DNA of 64,000 nucleotides from Octopus sinensis (taxonomy: Eukaryota): NCBI RefSeq assembly GCF_006345805.1, contig NC_043008.1, positions 68,634,001-68,698,000 of the forward strand, in the 5' to 3' direction. A program made the translations under genes and the position numbers. The first letter of the stretch is position 1. Each line of letters begins with the position of its first letter. Positions 40,063-54,529 of the stretch are shown here, in pieces. The notes below the pieces were generated by a model. That model ran no database searches. It saw only the letters and a program-made list of their open reading frames with translations, and was not told the origin of the DNA.

Positions 40063-41057
40063 AACTAAGGATCACCACGCTCGATCAAGAGAGTAACAGC
40101 AACGCATTTATAAGGGCGGCAACCATGTTTGTATAATCAGCTAATGAAAGATTCACAATGACTCAAGTTCCAAATTCATATTCATAATAATGGAATCGGA
40201 TGGCGACAGATAGTCATGGGAATCCGCGAAAGCAGCGGGGAAAAAAGATGACACGGATGGGATTGGAACTAGGTACCATTATTTCTAAACTAAAAAGATA
40301 TAGTTTAAGGAATAATTTAAAGGACATATCTTAAAATAGATGAGATGGTAATATTCATTAAGTCACCAACATTAGTACAACACTACCGTTTGATTATAAA
40401 TGAAAGACACAGCCAGACTTCAACTCCAAAATATTTTTTTCTTTATCAAGAACTGGGTGTAAGTAAAATAAAAATTAATGGAGGACCAATTTCAAGGGAA
40501 GAAGAATTTGGAAGGAATATGGGCGTCAAAGGAATCCCCATGGAGGTGTTTCGTAAACAGTCCGGCTCGGGTTGAAACTCTGAATAGACTCAGAATTTTG
40601 ATATCATAAACACATGAATCGAGTCTAACCAGCGTATCAAGTTCTACAACAGATAATGTTTAAATTTCATAAAATATATATCTAATATATTTTACAACTT
40701 TTACACTAATATATATATATAAATAGATGATTTTATTTTTGCCTTGTTTTATATATATATATATATATTATATATATATAATATATATATATATATACAT
40801 ATATATACGTATATATATACATATATATACACATATATATATATACATATATACATACATATATATATATGTATAGATAATTATAAATATATATGTATGT
40901 ATATATGTATATATATATACACATATATACATATATACATATATATTTATATACATGCACACATACACATATATACGTAATATGTATATATATATAATGT
41001 ACGTATGTATGTATGCATATATGTATATATATATATGTATATACATACATACATGCA

Positions 41058-41099
<42 letters not shown>

Positions 41100-41103
<4 letters not shown>

Positions 41104-41171
41104 CATGGCTTCAGATGCATATGTATATATATATATATATATATACACATATGCATCTGAAGCCATGATTT
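41100..41171. repeat. 72-bp near-perfect palindrome: 25-bp arms around (AT)n
   Basis: AAATCATGGCTTCAGATGCATATGT (41100-41124) and ACATATGCATCTGAAGCCATGATTT (41147-41171). Confidence 0.95.
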
Positions 41172-43945
41172 ACATTCTCATCAGTCCAGTTTTCATATTT
41201 CTTCTGCTGACCTTCTCACCCCACTTAAGGAACTTTTTAGTTCTGTTCTCTATTAAACAGGCAAACATAAAAACAAACATAAAAACATCATGATAAATTG
41301 CTGCTAACAAACGTGTACATTAATAAACTTATATTTGATAGTTTTGTCCTTTGTTTACATAATATAATCTTTCTATTCTGATCTTTCCTTAATATAACAC
41401 AACACACAGCCACAGAGTTAATTAATTTTCCGTAATAATAATACATCTTATTTACCCTTACTCTCAAAAAGCTCTTTTAATCCAGTCTCTCCTTCACTTT
41501 TCTGAAAGAGAACATGTCAATGTGATAACTGAATAATCGGACATTCGATCAAATTTTGGTGCAGTCAGCACTGCATGTGTTTTTTTTCCCCTCTGATTTG
41601 TATAAATCTGTGTAGAATCGATCACAAATTTAATCATCCGGTAGCATAAGTTTGATAATAAGTGTACGAAATAATAATCATGTAACACTCCGCACAGGAA
41701 ACAAGTTGATTAATTCTGGAAGCGAGCCAGCGACAGAGCCATTATAGGGTATACTGACTTGATGAAAATACACATTCAGGGCTGGCTTAGGGCGAAACAA
41801 CCACAAAAGAAACACCATCAGTATTAGTTCTAAAAGTAGAGCTCTTAAAGAAAGACTATAGCTCTGACAACTAATGTTCTGCGATTATAACCGAGATTCC
41901 GTACGGTCAAAACTGTATGAGCTTTGTAGTCTGATTGCATAAATAAATGTCGTATATTTGGACTGTACCACCTAATGTGAAAGTTGACAGTAACTGTGTG
42001 GTGATGATTACGTAGCATTCAATTTTGAATGTATTTTGCAACAATTTTGTCACGATATTGTTACTAATAACAAAATTTCCCCCTGCAGCCGGCTATTTGC
42101 GACGCCAGTGATTTATTAATGACTGTTTTTCTATAATCAATAGAGGTTAAATTTGTTTAAGTATGCAACTACCAGTGAATATCTACTATTGATGATGTTC
42201 AAAGAAACAGAAATCTAGATTTAGCCGTTCCGCCACCGCTGTTCGACTCTTTTCGTCTGCTACTGGTATACTTACTTAGCTCTATATAGCTCTGAGATGC
42301 TTTTTCGAGACGAATACCGCAGTTTCTGGCTTCCGACAATATATCTACGTTAATTAAGATATCTACGTTAATTAATATATCCACGTTTATTAAGATATTT
42401 TTGTATTTCAGCAGAGTCATGGTTAATGAAGTCAATAAGCACACATTAGTTGTTTGTTGCTTTCTCCCCGTTCCAAAGCAGTTATTGTTCGTCTATATCC
42501 CAACAAATAATTGTTTCTCCGTCAACCTTTGATCTTTTCAATGGATACATATTTCCAAATGCTTGATTTTAAACTGCTTTCACTGTTGCTACATCTCAGC
42601 AGGGATTTGAAAAATATGTATGTATTTAAAAATCCGAAAGTTGATAGGGTGAAAGCTATTTTTAGGAATATAGACGTACAACAACTGCTCTTGAGAAAGA
42701 AGAGAAATATAGACAAACAATAACCGATGAATGTTTATAGGTTTTATTATTAGCAATGATGCTTCTGAAATATAAAAATTATGTAAAATACTTTAGTAAA
42801 AAAAAAGAAATCATTCAATCTAGAGCGATTTTGTAGAGCGAATATACAACTCTGACGATAGAATGATTACAATATCGGGATTTCTTTCAAGTACCAGGCA
42901 GCTAGGCAACTCCTGTCCTATAATTAGATGATACGTGTTTGCGTAGAAGTATCATATAGATATAGATTTGACAATAAGTGTGCAATAAAAATCATGCAAC
43001 ACATCAATAAGCAAACACTTATTTATGAAGTTTGTGCTCATAGAGGAAAAAAATGTGCATCTGACAATGGCAGTCTTTCAGTTTTGATCTTGCTAGTTTG
43101 TTTATTTAGTTTTGTCATAGTAATCACCATGGAGACCCTCTCCTGTTAGATTTAACACAAACGTGTTAATATCTTAAATTAATCATTTGGTTATTTTAGA
43201 GAAGGATGATAACAATATATTGTAATTGGAACTTAATTAAGATTTAACTGTAATTAAAGAGGCATTTTTTTACAGTCCACAGGATGATTTTAACCGATTT
43301 ATTTGTATCACTTGCTTTTGTTAGGATATTTTTGAAGAACACATTTTAAAATTTTCAGCAAATGCATTTTTTAGCAATGAGTTTAAGGCGATAGTTTTGT
43401 AGAAATGGTGATTGTTATTTTCGTTATTCTTTGAAGCAGACACACGCAATTTCATAGCTCTTCACTTAGAATATATTTTCTTTCAATATTCTCTCATGGA
43501 AAAACAGTTTTTGGGTTTGTTTACCAACAAATGACCCCGTATTATTTGGAGGCCTTCCCTGTTCGTTCGTAGCTATTTTAATTTTCGTCTATCTTTTGAA
43601 AACATCTATTTTACTTTGTTTACTAGTAATTTAATACGACCTCAAAATGTCTGAGAAAAAAAAAGAAGAAAAACGAAACAAAAAAGGAATAAACAAAGCA
43701 ATAAGCCTAAAACTGACAGTGAAACGGACATAGAGACAAAGTCACAACTTGACAAGTGAAAACGCAAAGTTATACAACATTAAAAGTGTCACCAATAACA
43801 ACAGAAACTCATAATTTACGGATATTAAGCCGAAAGGAGATATCGGACATCGGTAAATTCCAAACAAAAAAGGAATGTAAGAGATGTGTGACAAAGGATA
43901 GTCAGAGTATAGAATTTATCTAAGGACGAGGAGGTAGTTGATATA

Positions 43946-44150
43946 GGAGGGGCTTCTGAAAAGTTTCTGGCTTTAAGGGTATTGCGAAAGGCTCAACCTT
44001 CCAAGTTCCTTTACAGGGCTTAGAAAAGCTGAGGGACCGCTGCTATAAGCGTGTGAATCTGAGAGGGGAATATCTTGAATAAAATCATAATTAGCTGATC
44101 CTCCTGTATTTTCTTTTACCCAAAGCCAGGAACTTTTCATTACATACTTG
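43946..44150 (-). mobile_element. Mariner-type MITE, inverted relative to the copy at 49076-49292
   Basis: TIRs containing CTGAAAAGTT(T/C)CTGG / CCAGGAACTTTTCA. The interior is the reverse complement of the 49076 copy. Confidence 0.8.
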
Positions 44151-44300
44151 TAGCTCTATTTTGGCACAAATACACAAAGCTTTCATACGATCTCAATGCA
44201 GGAGTTGTTGGAGGCCGTAACCGATGTGTAGATGTACGCTCCGTTGGTAAGTGGAAATAAATTAACAAGAAGAGATTATGCTTCACGTAAACATTATAAA

Positions 44301-44515
44301 CAATGGTTTCAAATTTTGGCACAAAGCTAGCAGTTTCGGGGGAGGGCTCAAATCAATTACATTGACCTCAGTGCTCAACTAGTACTTATTTTATCGATTC
44401 CCGAAAGGATGATAGGCAAAGTCGCCTTGGCGGAATTTGAACTCGGAATGTAAAGACACGAAATTCCGCCAAGCATTCTGCCCGGTATGCTAACGATTCT
44501 ACCAGCTTGCCGCCT
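44301..44515 (-). mobile_element. Family A SINE with 13-bp target-site duplication
   Basis: TAAACATTATAAA at 44288-44300 and 44516-44528 flanks the SINE. Confidence 0.85.
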
Positions 44516-45144
44516 TAAACATTATAAATAACGGAGTAATTAAGCAAATCATATTTTAATAGCTTATTAACTGACATATATGACTTGTACATAATTACGA
44601 TACAATTTATATAGTGGAATCTAAGGAGCAAGTCAAACATCTATTTTAAGTTTAAGGAAATTGGCCATATATGTTCCCAAATAAGGTTTACAGTTTAGGA
44701 GTTGAGCTAAGCATTTGTTGCCTGTTTAGCACCGTTGAGGCAGTTTGTATAGCCTAGCTGTTTTTTTTTTTGGTTTAAAACCTATTTTCATGATTGAAAT
44801 AACTGAGGCAGAGCATCTCTTCCGATTGAGACTATTGTTTGGTGAGCATCGTTTCCTACTGAACTTACCTCTTTGGTGAGCATCTTTTTCTCCTACTTGT
44901 GAGGCGACAAACTTGTAAAGCAGATAAATACGTCAAATGGACAACAATGCTTCGACGAACCTTTATTCTCCACCCCAGGATTATTGGGTTTGATGTTCAA
45001 ATATTGTGAACACTTTTCGTGCTGTAAGTTCTACCATCTGATTTTATTTTCAATAGATAACCAGGTTAAAAGTTATCTTTTTCGTGGAGAACTGGTTTAG
45101 AGAATACCCCACCACTACCACCAATTGTAGCAATAATGATAACT

Positions 45145-45587
45145 GTTCCTAATTTGGACACAAGCGTGAAATTTGAAAAGAGGTGTTAGCCGATTTCATG
45201 GATCCAGTTCTTGACTGATATTTTATTGATCGACCCCAGGGTGATGAAAGACAAAGTTGACTTTGGCGGGATTTGAACTCAGAATGCAAAGAGTTGGGAC
45301 AAATACTGCAAATAATTTTTTTCTGACACTCGTAAGAGTCTACCAGCTCGTCACCGTTACAAATAATGGTTCTCATATAGGCACAAGGCCAGAAATGTTG
45401 TGGGGAGAGCAGGGTTAGTCATTATCATTGGCACCAATACCCGACTGGCACTTTGTTATATTAAGCCCAGAAAGATGAAAGACAACGTTAACCTTGGTGG
45501 GATTTGAACTCGGAATGTGAAGAATAGGAACAAATATTGCAAGGCATTTTCTCCGACAGGCGAACTATTTTACCAGCTTGATACCTT
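45145..45587 (-). mobile_element. Two adjacent diverged family A SINEs
   Basis: GATTTGAACTC(A/G)GAATG core on + (reverse complement of the SINE body) at about 45275 and 45505. Confidence 0.75.
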
Positions 45588-45940
45588 TAATAACAAGGGG
45601 TGAAATAAATATTAGAAGGCATTTTAGCCATCGTTCTACTGATTTATCACTTATTTTAATAATTTTGGGGATATGTAGATCTAATTTTCAATTACAAACA
45701 TTAAGGAAGTGAAATATTTATTTAAGACATATATGAGATATTCTAATATTTGAATAATCATTAATGTAACATTAAAATTGTGATTTTCATTATATTTATT
45801 GGAAAATTTAATGATATTGTTTTACTATTTACACAGAGTCATACTCATAGCAAGATAATCAAGTGTATATATATATATATATTTTATATTTTCTTTTTAT
45901 AACATATTTCTACTATATATATGTATATATATATATATAT

Positions 45941-45998
<58 letters not shown>

Positions 45999-46032
45999 GT
46001 ATGTATAGATATATATGTACATATATATATAT

Positions 46033-46070
<38 letters not shown>

Positions 46071-46741
46071 CATTTATGTATATATATATAGCTATGTTGT
46101 CATTTAACACTAGGCTGGTCTTCATGGAACAGGCTTATGATTAAAAGCATTCTGACCGTGGCCATTCCTTCGTTTTAACAGCCTGTAGGATGGATGATGT
46201 CTAATGCGGTCATGTTTATTTTAAGACGGTAGGGTAGGAGATGAAAAAAATCGGTTGTTATTTCTTGCATATGTAGTGACTACATAGAGGCTTTCATGTT
46301 GAATATGTCGTTGATGTAACATTCTATCAACCAGAGTGTCGTACACGATCTTATTGATACTATGTTGTGTTATTGTAGTGACAAGACTTGTTTTATGACT
46401 TAGCCTGTAGAACACATTGTGCTTATGACCTTGGCAATTCCCTCGCAGAATGCTGGTGACATCAGTTCGGTCTATGTCGCACATTTCCAGATAACATTGA
46501 TATAAGTACATGACTGGTATTTAACCTTAACAAACCAAAAGGACGAAAGGCTAAAATGACTTAGGTGGATTCATAGTCAGAACAACTAAATAACATAAAA
46601 TATCGTATCCGATGTTCTCATGATTCTATCAGTCCGCCGCTATCTTGTCTGATGCTTTATTCATTCTATCAATCCACCGCCAATTTCCCCGATACTCTTG
46701 TCATTCTACCAATTCACGGCTATTTTGCCCATTGCCATACT

Positions 46742-47165
46742 CTTTTACTCTCTCTTTTACTCTTTTACTTGTTTCAGTCATTTAACTGCGGCGATGCTGG
46801 AGCACCGCCTTTAGTCGAGCAAATCGAACCCAGGACTTATTCTTTGGAAGCCTAGTACTTATTCTATTGGTCTCTTTTGCCGAACCGCTACGTTATGTGA
46901 ACGTAAACACACCAGCATCGGTTGTCAAGCGATGTTGGGGGGGGGGGGACAAACAGACTCACAAACATATACAAACACATGCATATATATACATGTATAC
47001 ATATATACGACGGGCTTGTTTTCAGTTTCCGTCTACCAAATCCACTCACAAGGCTTTGGTTGGCCCGAGGCTATAGTATAAGACACTTGCCCAAGGTGTC
47101 ACGCAGTGGGACTGAACCCGGAACCATGTGGTTGGTAAGCAAGCTACTTACCACACAGCCACTCC
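46742..47165 (-). mobile_element. Full-length family B SINE
   Basis: Tail TTTTACTTGTTTCAGTC, short internal microsatellite, and head ending ...CTACTTACCACACAGCC. Confidence 0.88.
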
Positions 47166-48155
47166 TGCCATCTTCATTCTACTAATTTATTTCGTTCAAT
47201 ACTCTCTTCAACCACCCTCGAAACATTAAAACCAATATGTTGCTTAACGTTTTGTACTATTCTATTTATTTTTGTGTCGAATTTTATTCATTTGCAGATG
47301 ACCCATACTATAAAAATAATTTTAGTATCTTTTAATATATTTCTTCAGTTTACATCTACTCTATATTTTATTTGCAATCTTATTAATGGATATACAGTGA
47401 ATAGGTGAGAGCTAGATCAGCTAACTATAGAAAATACATAGTTGTACCCGAATGAATTTGAACTGAAACTCCGACTTCTTCAACTAGGGTAAGGATCACA
47501 GAGTCAGGTATGGCTATAAAAGAAATCCAAATCGCACTGAAAAACACTGTCAGGTTTGATATGGAGCCCAATAAATACAGAATAAAATATAGAGAAATTA
47601 TGCAATGTCCTTAACTCGACAGCTGTTTCAGGAAACCAGGAATTACGCAATAATCATAATTTGCTGGTGATATATTCAAAAATTCATGGGTATGTAACTG
47701 GTGACCAATCGCATAAAGATATTACAGTAAGTTCGGCTCCCCCTCTTCAAGAGGAGATTGGCAAATGCGATTCGTTTAGCGAGTATAAAAGGCTGAAGTG
47801 AGAGGAAGCAAAACGAAATAATAAGAGGAGGTGGGTAGTTAAGAGTAGGCTAAGAGGAAGAACAACCACAACATGAAATGCAAAGAACCTTATCTTAAAC
47901 TTATCTTCTTCATCTCTGTTTCTTCTTTTCTATCCCTGCTCTTTTATGTTATTCCTGGGTGTGAACCGAACGAAACTCTTATTTCAAACCAACGTGTAAT
48001 AACTCCTATATTGAAGATGGTTAATCACCCGATGACAGTCTGATCGAAATGCAATGTAAAATATTCATAAACAACAACATTTTAATTATCCGAAAATTTA
48101 TAATCTCAGACATAATAAATAATTATATTTTTATTTACTTCTTTTCTTTACCAAG

Positions 48156-48555
48156 GTATGCAATCTGACGTTTGGATCATGGGCCTACACTGATAACGAA
48201 GTGATGGTGATGAATAACAAAACCGACGGAGACAAGACTAATTATGTCAAAAGTAGTGAATGGCAGTTAGCGGAATTGTCAATAAATTCTTACCAAAGAT
48301 TGTATTCCTGTTGCAAATATACATTCTCAGAAGTGGTTTTTACCATTCGACTATCTCGTAAGCCCGCCATTCAGTTGCTCAATTTGATTTATCCCTGTAT
48401 GATTATTTCTGGTATTACGCTCATCGGATTCTTCCTGCCACCAGAATCTGGAGAAAAAGTCTCTGTCAGTGTCACAGTTTTGCTGTCGCTTGCTGTTTTC
48501 CAGTTGGTGATCACTGAAAACCTGCCGCCGAATTCCGACAGTTTGCCCTACCTTG
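48156..48555 (+). CDS. nAChR-like exon: end of Cys loop, loops B, F and C, TM1, TM2 and linker (VCNLTFGSWAYT...YSCCKYTFSEV...PESGEKVSVSVTVLLSLAVFQLVITENLPPNSDSLPYL(G))
   Basis: CTTTTCTTTACCAAG acceptor, 400 nt open frame (contains ORF 48201-48566), GTATGT donor in phase 1. Completes a C-x13-C Cys loop with the previous exon. Vicinal CC, loop B Trp and the GEK cation-selectivity motif are present. Confidence 0.97.
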
Positions 48556-49075
48556 GTATGTATTAAAATGTATATACACACACACACATTCACGTTCCAC
48601 ATGAACAACCACGCACTCACATTAACAAGCACACATCACACTAATACACGACATTTAAAAAAATACACATACATCGCATTAACTCATATTAGTAACTACA
48701 TCACATTTACGCACACAGATCGCAGTAACACACACACACACACACACATTATGAACACATGATTTACATTAACACATTCATTACATTTTTTCATACATCA
48801 CATTAGCACACAAACGCATCACATTAAAAATCAATTACTTGAATACACACAACACTTTAACACACATACATCATTAACACATGCATTGCATTAACACAAA
48901 ACTTACATTAACACGCATACATATATACATGTATTTTTCTTTGGGATTTATTTTAAGTTCTTTTTTCCTTTGCAGAATTCAGACGGGTCACGAACAAAAT
49001 GACAAGGCTCTTTTGCTTAAGTCATGACAGTTCTTGGTGTTTGTAGTTACCTGATTTTGTTGATGTCTGCATATA

Positions 49076-49292
49076 CGAGTGGGGTGCTGAAAAGTTCCTG
49101 GCTTTGGGTAAAAGAAAATACAAGAGGAGCGTTAGTTATGATTTTATTCAACATAACCTCCTCACCGATTCACACACTTATTGCAGCGGTCCTTCAGTTT
49201 TTATAAGCCTTGTAAAAGAATTCGGAAGGTTGGGCCTTCAGCCAGGTCTTTCTCGATACCCTTAAATCCAGGAACTTTTCATCATCCCCTCG
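49076..49292 (+). mobile_element. Mariner-type MITE, 217 bp, TA target duplication
   Basis: TA-CGAGTGGGGTGCTGAAAAGTTCCTGG ... CCAGGAACTTTTCATCATCCCCTCG-TA. Confidence 0.88.
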
Positions 49293-50149
49293 TATGTGTG
49301 CCTATTGTGTGGATGTGCATATGTGTGGATAAACTTTCCTCCGTGGGCGGGTGTGTTACAATAGAACACAGGAGTGCATGTTTTGTAATTGTCTCTGTGT
49401 GTGCATGTACACGATTTCCATACGTATATCTAGTTGTGGGCATATGTTCGGTTAAGCAACTCAAAAGCAGAAACCTTGAAATGTTTTATAATTTTTTTTT
49501 CATTGATCATTTGTATCTGGAGAATGCAAATCATTTTGTTCTGTTCCTTTTTTTTGAAGAATCCAAGCATTTCTAGGCTTGTATGCAAATCAGCTGTTAA
49601 GTAACCCAGCGACCTATGATTACAAGAACAAACGAGAATCTGAAGCCTCAACATAAGAGATAAAGGTTTCTTATCAATTCTGTTCTTTCCCTTAATTTTT
49701 GAAGAGCCGTTTACATGCGTTGTGTAGCTGATCTCTACAACGATGCATGATTTTTGCTCCCTTCCATATATAAGCTTATTTTGTCTGTTGTGCTTACACT
49801 GTGTTCATGATTTTGGAATATTTCCCTAGTATACTTTATTTTTAAAGTGTTGAACATATTTTCTGGTTCGGATGTATGTACTATGATCTGACTGCCGGAA
49901 AATCCTTGAATATATGCATCACGTTGTAAACCGTCTTGGCTATCGTACCATGTTTCATTGGGGACAGAGTGACTTGCAGACATTTTTTAGGTAATTACTG
50001 ATGATACGATTATGTATGCCTGTATTAACATGTATGTATGTATGCATGAATGTATGTATGTGTGTGTGTTTGTCGATTTTTAATGCCTTTTTTTAGGAAT
50101 AGCTTGATGTATTGGTGAACAGTCAACGAGGTTGGAGAGCATAAATTTG

Positions 50150-50780
50150 TAGTTGACAAAAAGTTAGCTGACGCCATCTGGATATTGGAAAACCGTTACC
50201 TGTATCATGATGATTCGTGTCAGTTTTGAAAATGCCAACATCATGACTGTTGCAGAATGCTCTTTAAACACTGTAAAGGCTGTAAAACATGACATGGATA
50301 GCTGCGATGAAGACTACGAAGCCGTGGCCTACAAGAAGAGACACTGCATCTGCACGCTGGAGTTCGTTTAACGCCTTTGAACAGTGTCTTAGGCTCAATT
50401 AAGACGGCGAAACTGCTGCAGACTGATCAATCCCTAGCTGGAGGGAGTTACTACTTGCAGGCCAATGGACGCTTGCAGGATCTGGATCGATCCTTTCCAT
50501 ATCACGGAGAAGTGGTTGTCGGACTTCAACAGCCCGAAATTCCGGCCTCCTAATTCCCCCAATTCGAATTCCTTGGATTACTATGCGTGTGTGGGTGGGT
50601 GGAGGATATGTGGGGGTGGGTGGGGGTATGTGTGGGTGTGGTGGGTGTGGTGTTGAGGCAGTTGGCAAAGATACCAATCCGTCCGCCCGCAAGACCAATG
50701 TCGAGCTGGTGGCCAAGATCAATGAAGTATTCGAAGACATTCACAGGGACACTGTGAGGAGCGCCTGCACCAGTAAAATT
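50150..50780 (+). mobile_element. Decayed Tc1/mariner (maT/DD37D-like) transposase fragment
   Basis: NTVKAVKHDMDSCDEDYEAV, KWLSDF..PPNSPNSNSLDYY and KTNVELVAKINEVFEDIHRDTVRSAC. Confidence 0.75.
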
Positions 50781-51213
50781 TATATATATATATATATATG
50801 TATATATGTTATATATGCATTTATATGTATATATATATATTATATATATATATATATAATATATATATATATATATTTCATGCCCTGAAGATTTTCCATC
50901 CAAGATATTTTGAAATGGAAACTTATCTTCTTTTATTCTTTTATCGTTTTATTTGTTTCAGTCATTTGACTGCGGCCATGCTGGAGCACCGTCTTCAGTC
51001 GAACAAATCGATCCCAGGACTTATTCTTTGTAAGCTTAGTACTAATTCTATCGTTTCTTTTACTGAACCGTTAAGTTACAGGGACGTAAACACACCAACA
51101 TCGGTGGTCAAGCGATGGTGGTGGAGGGGAGAAACACAGACACATTAACATATACATATACATATACATACATACATACATACAACAAATGCATACATAC
51201 ATACATACATACA

Positions 51214-51273
<60 letters not shown>

Positions 51274-51665
51274 TAATTTATATATATATATATATATATT
51301 ATAGAGAGAGAGAGAGAGAGAGAGAGAGGAGAATAGAAACATATAGAGTCTCTTACAGCTATTTCTAGAATAGGCAAGTATGTGGATCATGAGATTGTGT
51401 AAGGATTCGATAAGCTGAGTATACCGTCATCAGAGAAGTCAGATAAATGTAAAAGTGAAGCAATATCCCCAATTGAGTATTCTAGTAAATTCCTGCTTGT
51501 CAAAAATGAAGGTTGGATCAGAGTAAAATAGATATACGTTACGCTGATCCACGATCCAATGAATAATAAATGATTAGGTGGATTCTATACGGTTATAATC
51601 TCTATCTGAATTAAATGTCTTTCGGGCGATGCAAAGGTTTAAATTTTAAAATTTTAAATTTTAAT

Positions 51666-51738
<73 letters not shown>

Positions 51739-51768
51739 ATCCTATCTATCTATCTATCTATCTATCTA

Positions 51769-51811
<43 letters not shown>

Positions 51812-51885
51812 GTCTATTAATTTTGAGTCCTCCATCAATAAATATTTTGCTATGTAAAGTAACCAACCCAAGCTCAACACGCACG

Positions 51886-51931
<46 letters not shown>

Positions 51932-52640
51932 GGTATATAGGAATCCATACGAAAATACATATATGGATATTTATCTACACACACATACATTTGCGTACCT
52001 ACATATCTACACATATATACATACATGTATGGCTACATATCCATACGCACACGAATACACATATATATATACGGCTACATATTCACACATACATACATAC
52101 TCATACTCAAACATGCATAGACACATACACACACACACATGGATTATGTATATATGTATATCCACTCGCATTGCACATATGCAGAGCTGCATATTCCCCC
52201 ACCAGCACATACCCTTTATTGACAACAATACTTTTAGCCATGTTTGAAAAAACAAAAATAACTAAGTTATCCAGTTTTAAATATATTTTTATCAAGTTAT
52301 TTTTTTATTTAAATCTTTGTTTCTTTGCGGTTTATTTGGAATAGTCAAGTTCCCAAAGCCATTATCAGCAGTTGTAGAGCTTCAAATACAGTTTACAAAT
52401 TTTCAAATCGTAAAATTACGTAATCCTTTTCAACATACATATGAATAAACACAAATGTTTATGTATGTAATCAAATGCAATGCATATATATACTTGTAAA
52501 GTATGTGTACACACACACACACACACATACACGCGCGCACGCGCTCTCTCTCACGTACACACGCTCTCTCTGTTACATACACACATATATTATATATATT
52601 TTAATATATATAATATATAATATATATATATATATGTATA

Positions 52641-52672
<32 letters not shown>

Positions 52673-53357
52673 ATAATATATATGTATATAATATGTATAT
52701 ATATACGTGTATATATATACACATATACTGATGTAGACATTTTATATATAGATATACATGTATATCCAAAAACATTTAAACATGCATGCGCATTCACTCT
52801 CTCACCCTCCCTCCCTCTCTTTCACTCTTCCTCTGTCTCTCCTTCTCACTTGTCTCTCTCTTTCTCTCTCTCTCTCTCACTCACACAGCTACTGGCGATA
52901 GAATTACAAACATCATCAAGCGGGATTTTTGCTATGAATTTAATTTGATTATTTTTCCATTAACAAATATTTAACCTCGTCTTTTATAAGTAGTTTTCGG
53001 TTACAACAAAAAAAAATTTCACTTTTCCTCAGAATCATGTATAATAAACAAAATATATTACGTTTTCTGTGGGCATCAAACATAATCCATACAGCAAAGT
53101 CTGCGTCCACTTCGCATGATTAAATCCCCTGTGACCAATTGCATAACACCTATCTCTTGCTGAATGACACCTGCTCTTAAAATGGGCTCAGCTAAGAACA
53201 TAAACTCCGGATTTGTTTCTAGAGAAGCTTATGATGGCGATTATGATTATTTATCTGTGTCGTGAATTTTGTACCGCTTGGTAATCAGTCAACATATGTA
53301 CGAACATATTTGCAAATAGGTATATGTATACACGCATATGTGTGTATGTATGTCCGC

Positions 53358-53421
<64 letters not shown>

Positions 53422-53722
53422 GTTTCAAAAAATGATGGGTGAATGTAGCAAGGATGGCACGAACGAATGACGAAGCCACCTTGAGCATAATCCTATGAAC
53501 CCGGAAAAATATAAAACAGAGGGTTACTTACTTGCAAACAAATGCGTTAACATGTGACATTATTGACCGATGTTACCGTGGTCTTTTCCGTAAGCTTTTC
53601 TTTCTACGGATAACCCTTATCTGCTTCCCCCTTTACACTTTACATCATGACATTTCTGTGATACACGATCCCTATTTATCGTTTTTTCCCCCTTTTACGA
53701 TCCCTTTTGAAAACCTACTCCA

Positions 53723-53753
<31 letters not shown>

Positions 53754-54010
53754 TTATTGTTTTATTTTTTTCTCCCCGAAAAGGAAAGCTCTACTTTGTA
53801 ATCTGTCCCGTCTGTGTGCAGCCCTGTGTGGCTAATAAAGAAACATCTCTCTTTCTCTCTCTCTCTCTGTCTATCTTTCTATCTTTTAAGTAGAAAGAAT
53901 AGCCATAACTCTTTGACTGCTATTTCTAAATTCGGTGTGTGGTGAGGCAAATCGCTGCTAAACCCTTAATTACTTAGTATTACTTGTATGCATATATATA
54001 CATATACATG

Positions 54011-54095
<85 letters not shown>

Positions 54096-54109
54096 TATAC
54101 ATATATATA

Positions 54110-54447
54110 TATATATGCATAAATGTGTAATGGTGTGTGTGTTAGGGGTTACTGTAACTCCTTTCACACCGTCCAACCGATTTTAATGATTTTTGGCACA
54201 TAGGTAGATCACATGCACTGAAGTTCAAATAAGGCCGGAATTTTTCGAAAGCTCGATAATGCTCAGCTCGCATCAATTTTTATGAGCTCAATCGTTTGAA
54301 CGGAACGCAGCTTTTGCATTTTTTCACGTGTAAAATTTCAACAAAATCGATAGAATAATCTCTAAGGAAATGCTTATTCAACACAAGGTCAGAGCTGGGC
54401 TTAACTTCAACACGGAAAACACGAGCAACGGCAGGTCCAACAGCTAG
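54110..54447 (+). mobile_element. Non-autonomous Helitron-like element
   Basis: 3' end ACGAGCAACGGCAGGTCCAACAG-CTAG-T. Starts inside (TA)n with a TG-rich 5' part. Confidence 0.55.
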
Positions 54448-54474
54448 TATATGTATATATATTATATATATATA

Positions 54475-54512
<38 letters not shown>

Positions 54513-54529
54513 AATAGGGATGGTGAAGT

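Noticed and set aside
48015-48065. CCGATGA...GAAATGCAAT hammerhead-like string upstream of the large exon
   Set aside because: No convincing stem II or stem I.
48156-48555. Cephalopod chemotactile receptor identity
   Set aside because: Vicinal Cys, loop A Tyr and loop B Trp are retained and the gene is intron-rich, unlike the described chemotactile receptors. A phylogeny is needed for a final call.
51395-51435. Minus-strand CTGATGA..GAAT motif
   Set aside because: GAAA is broken and stems I and III do not pair.
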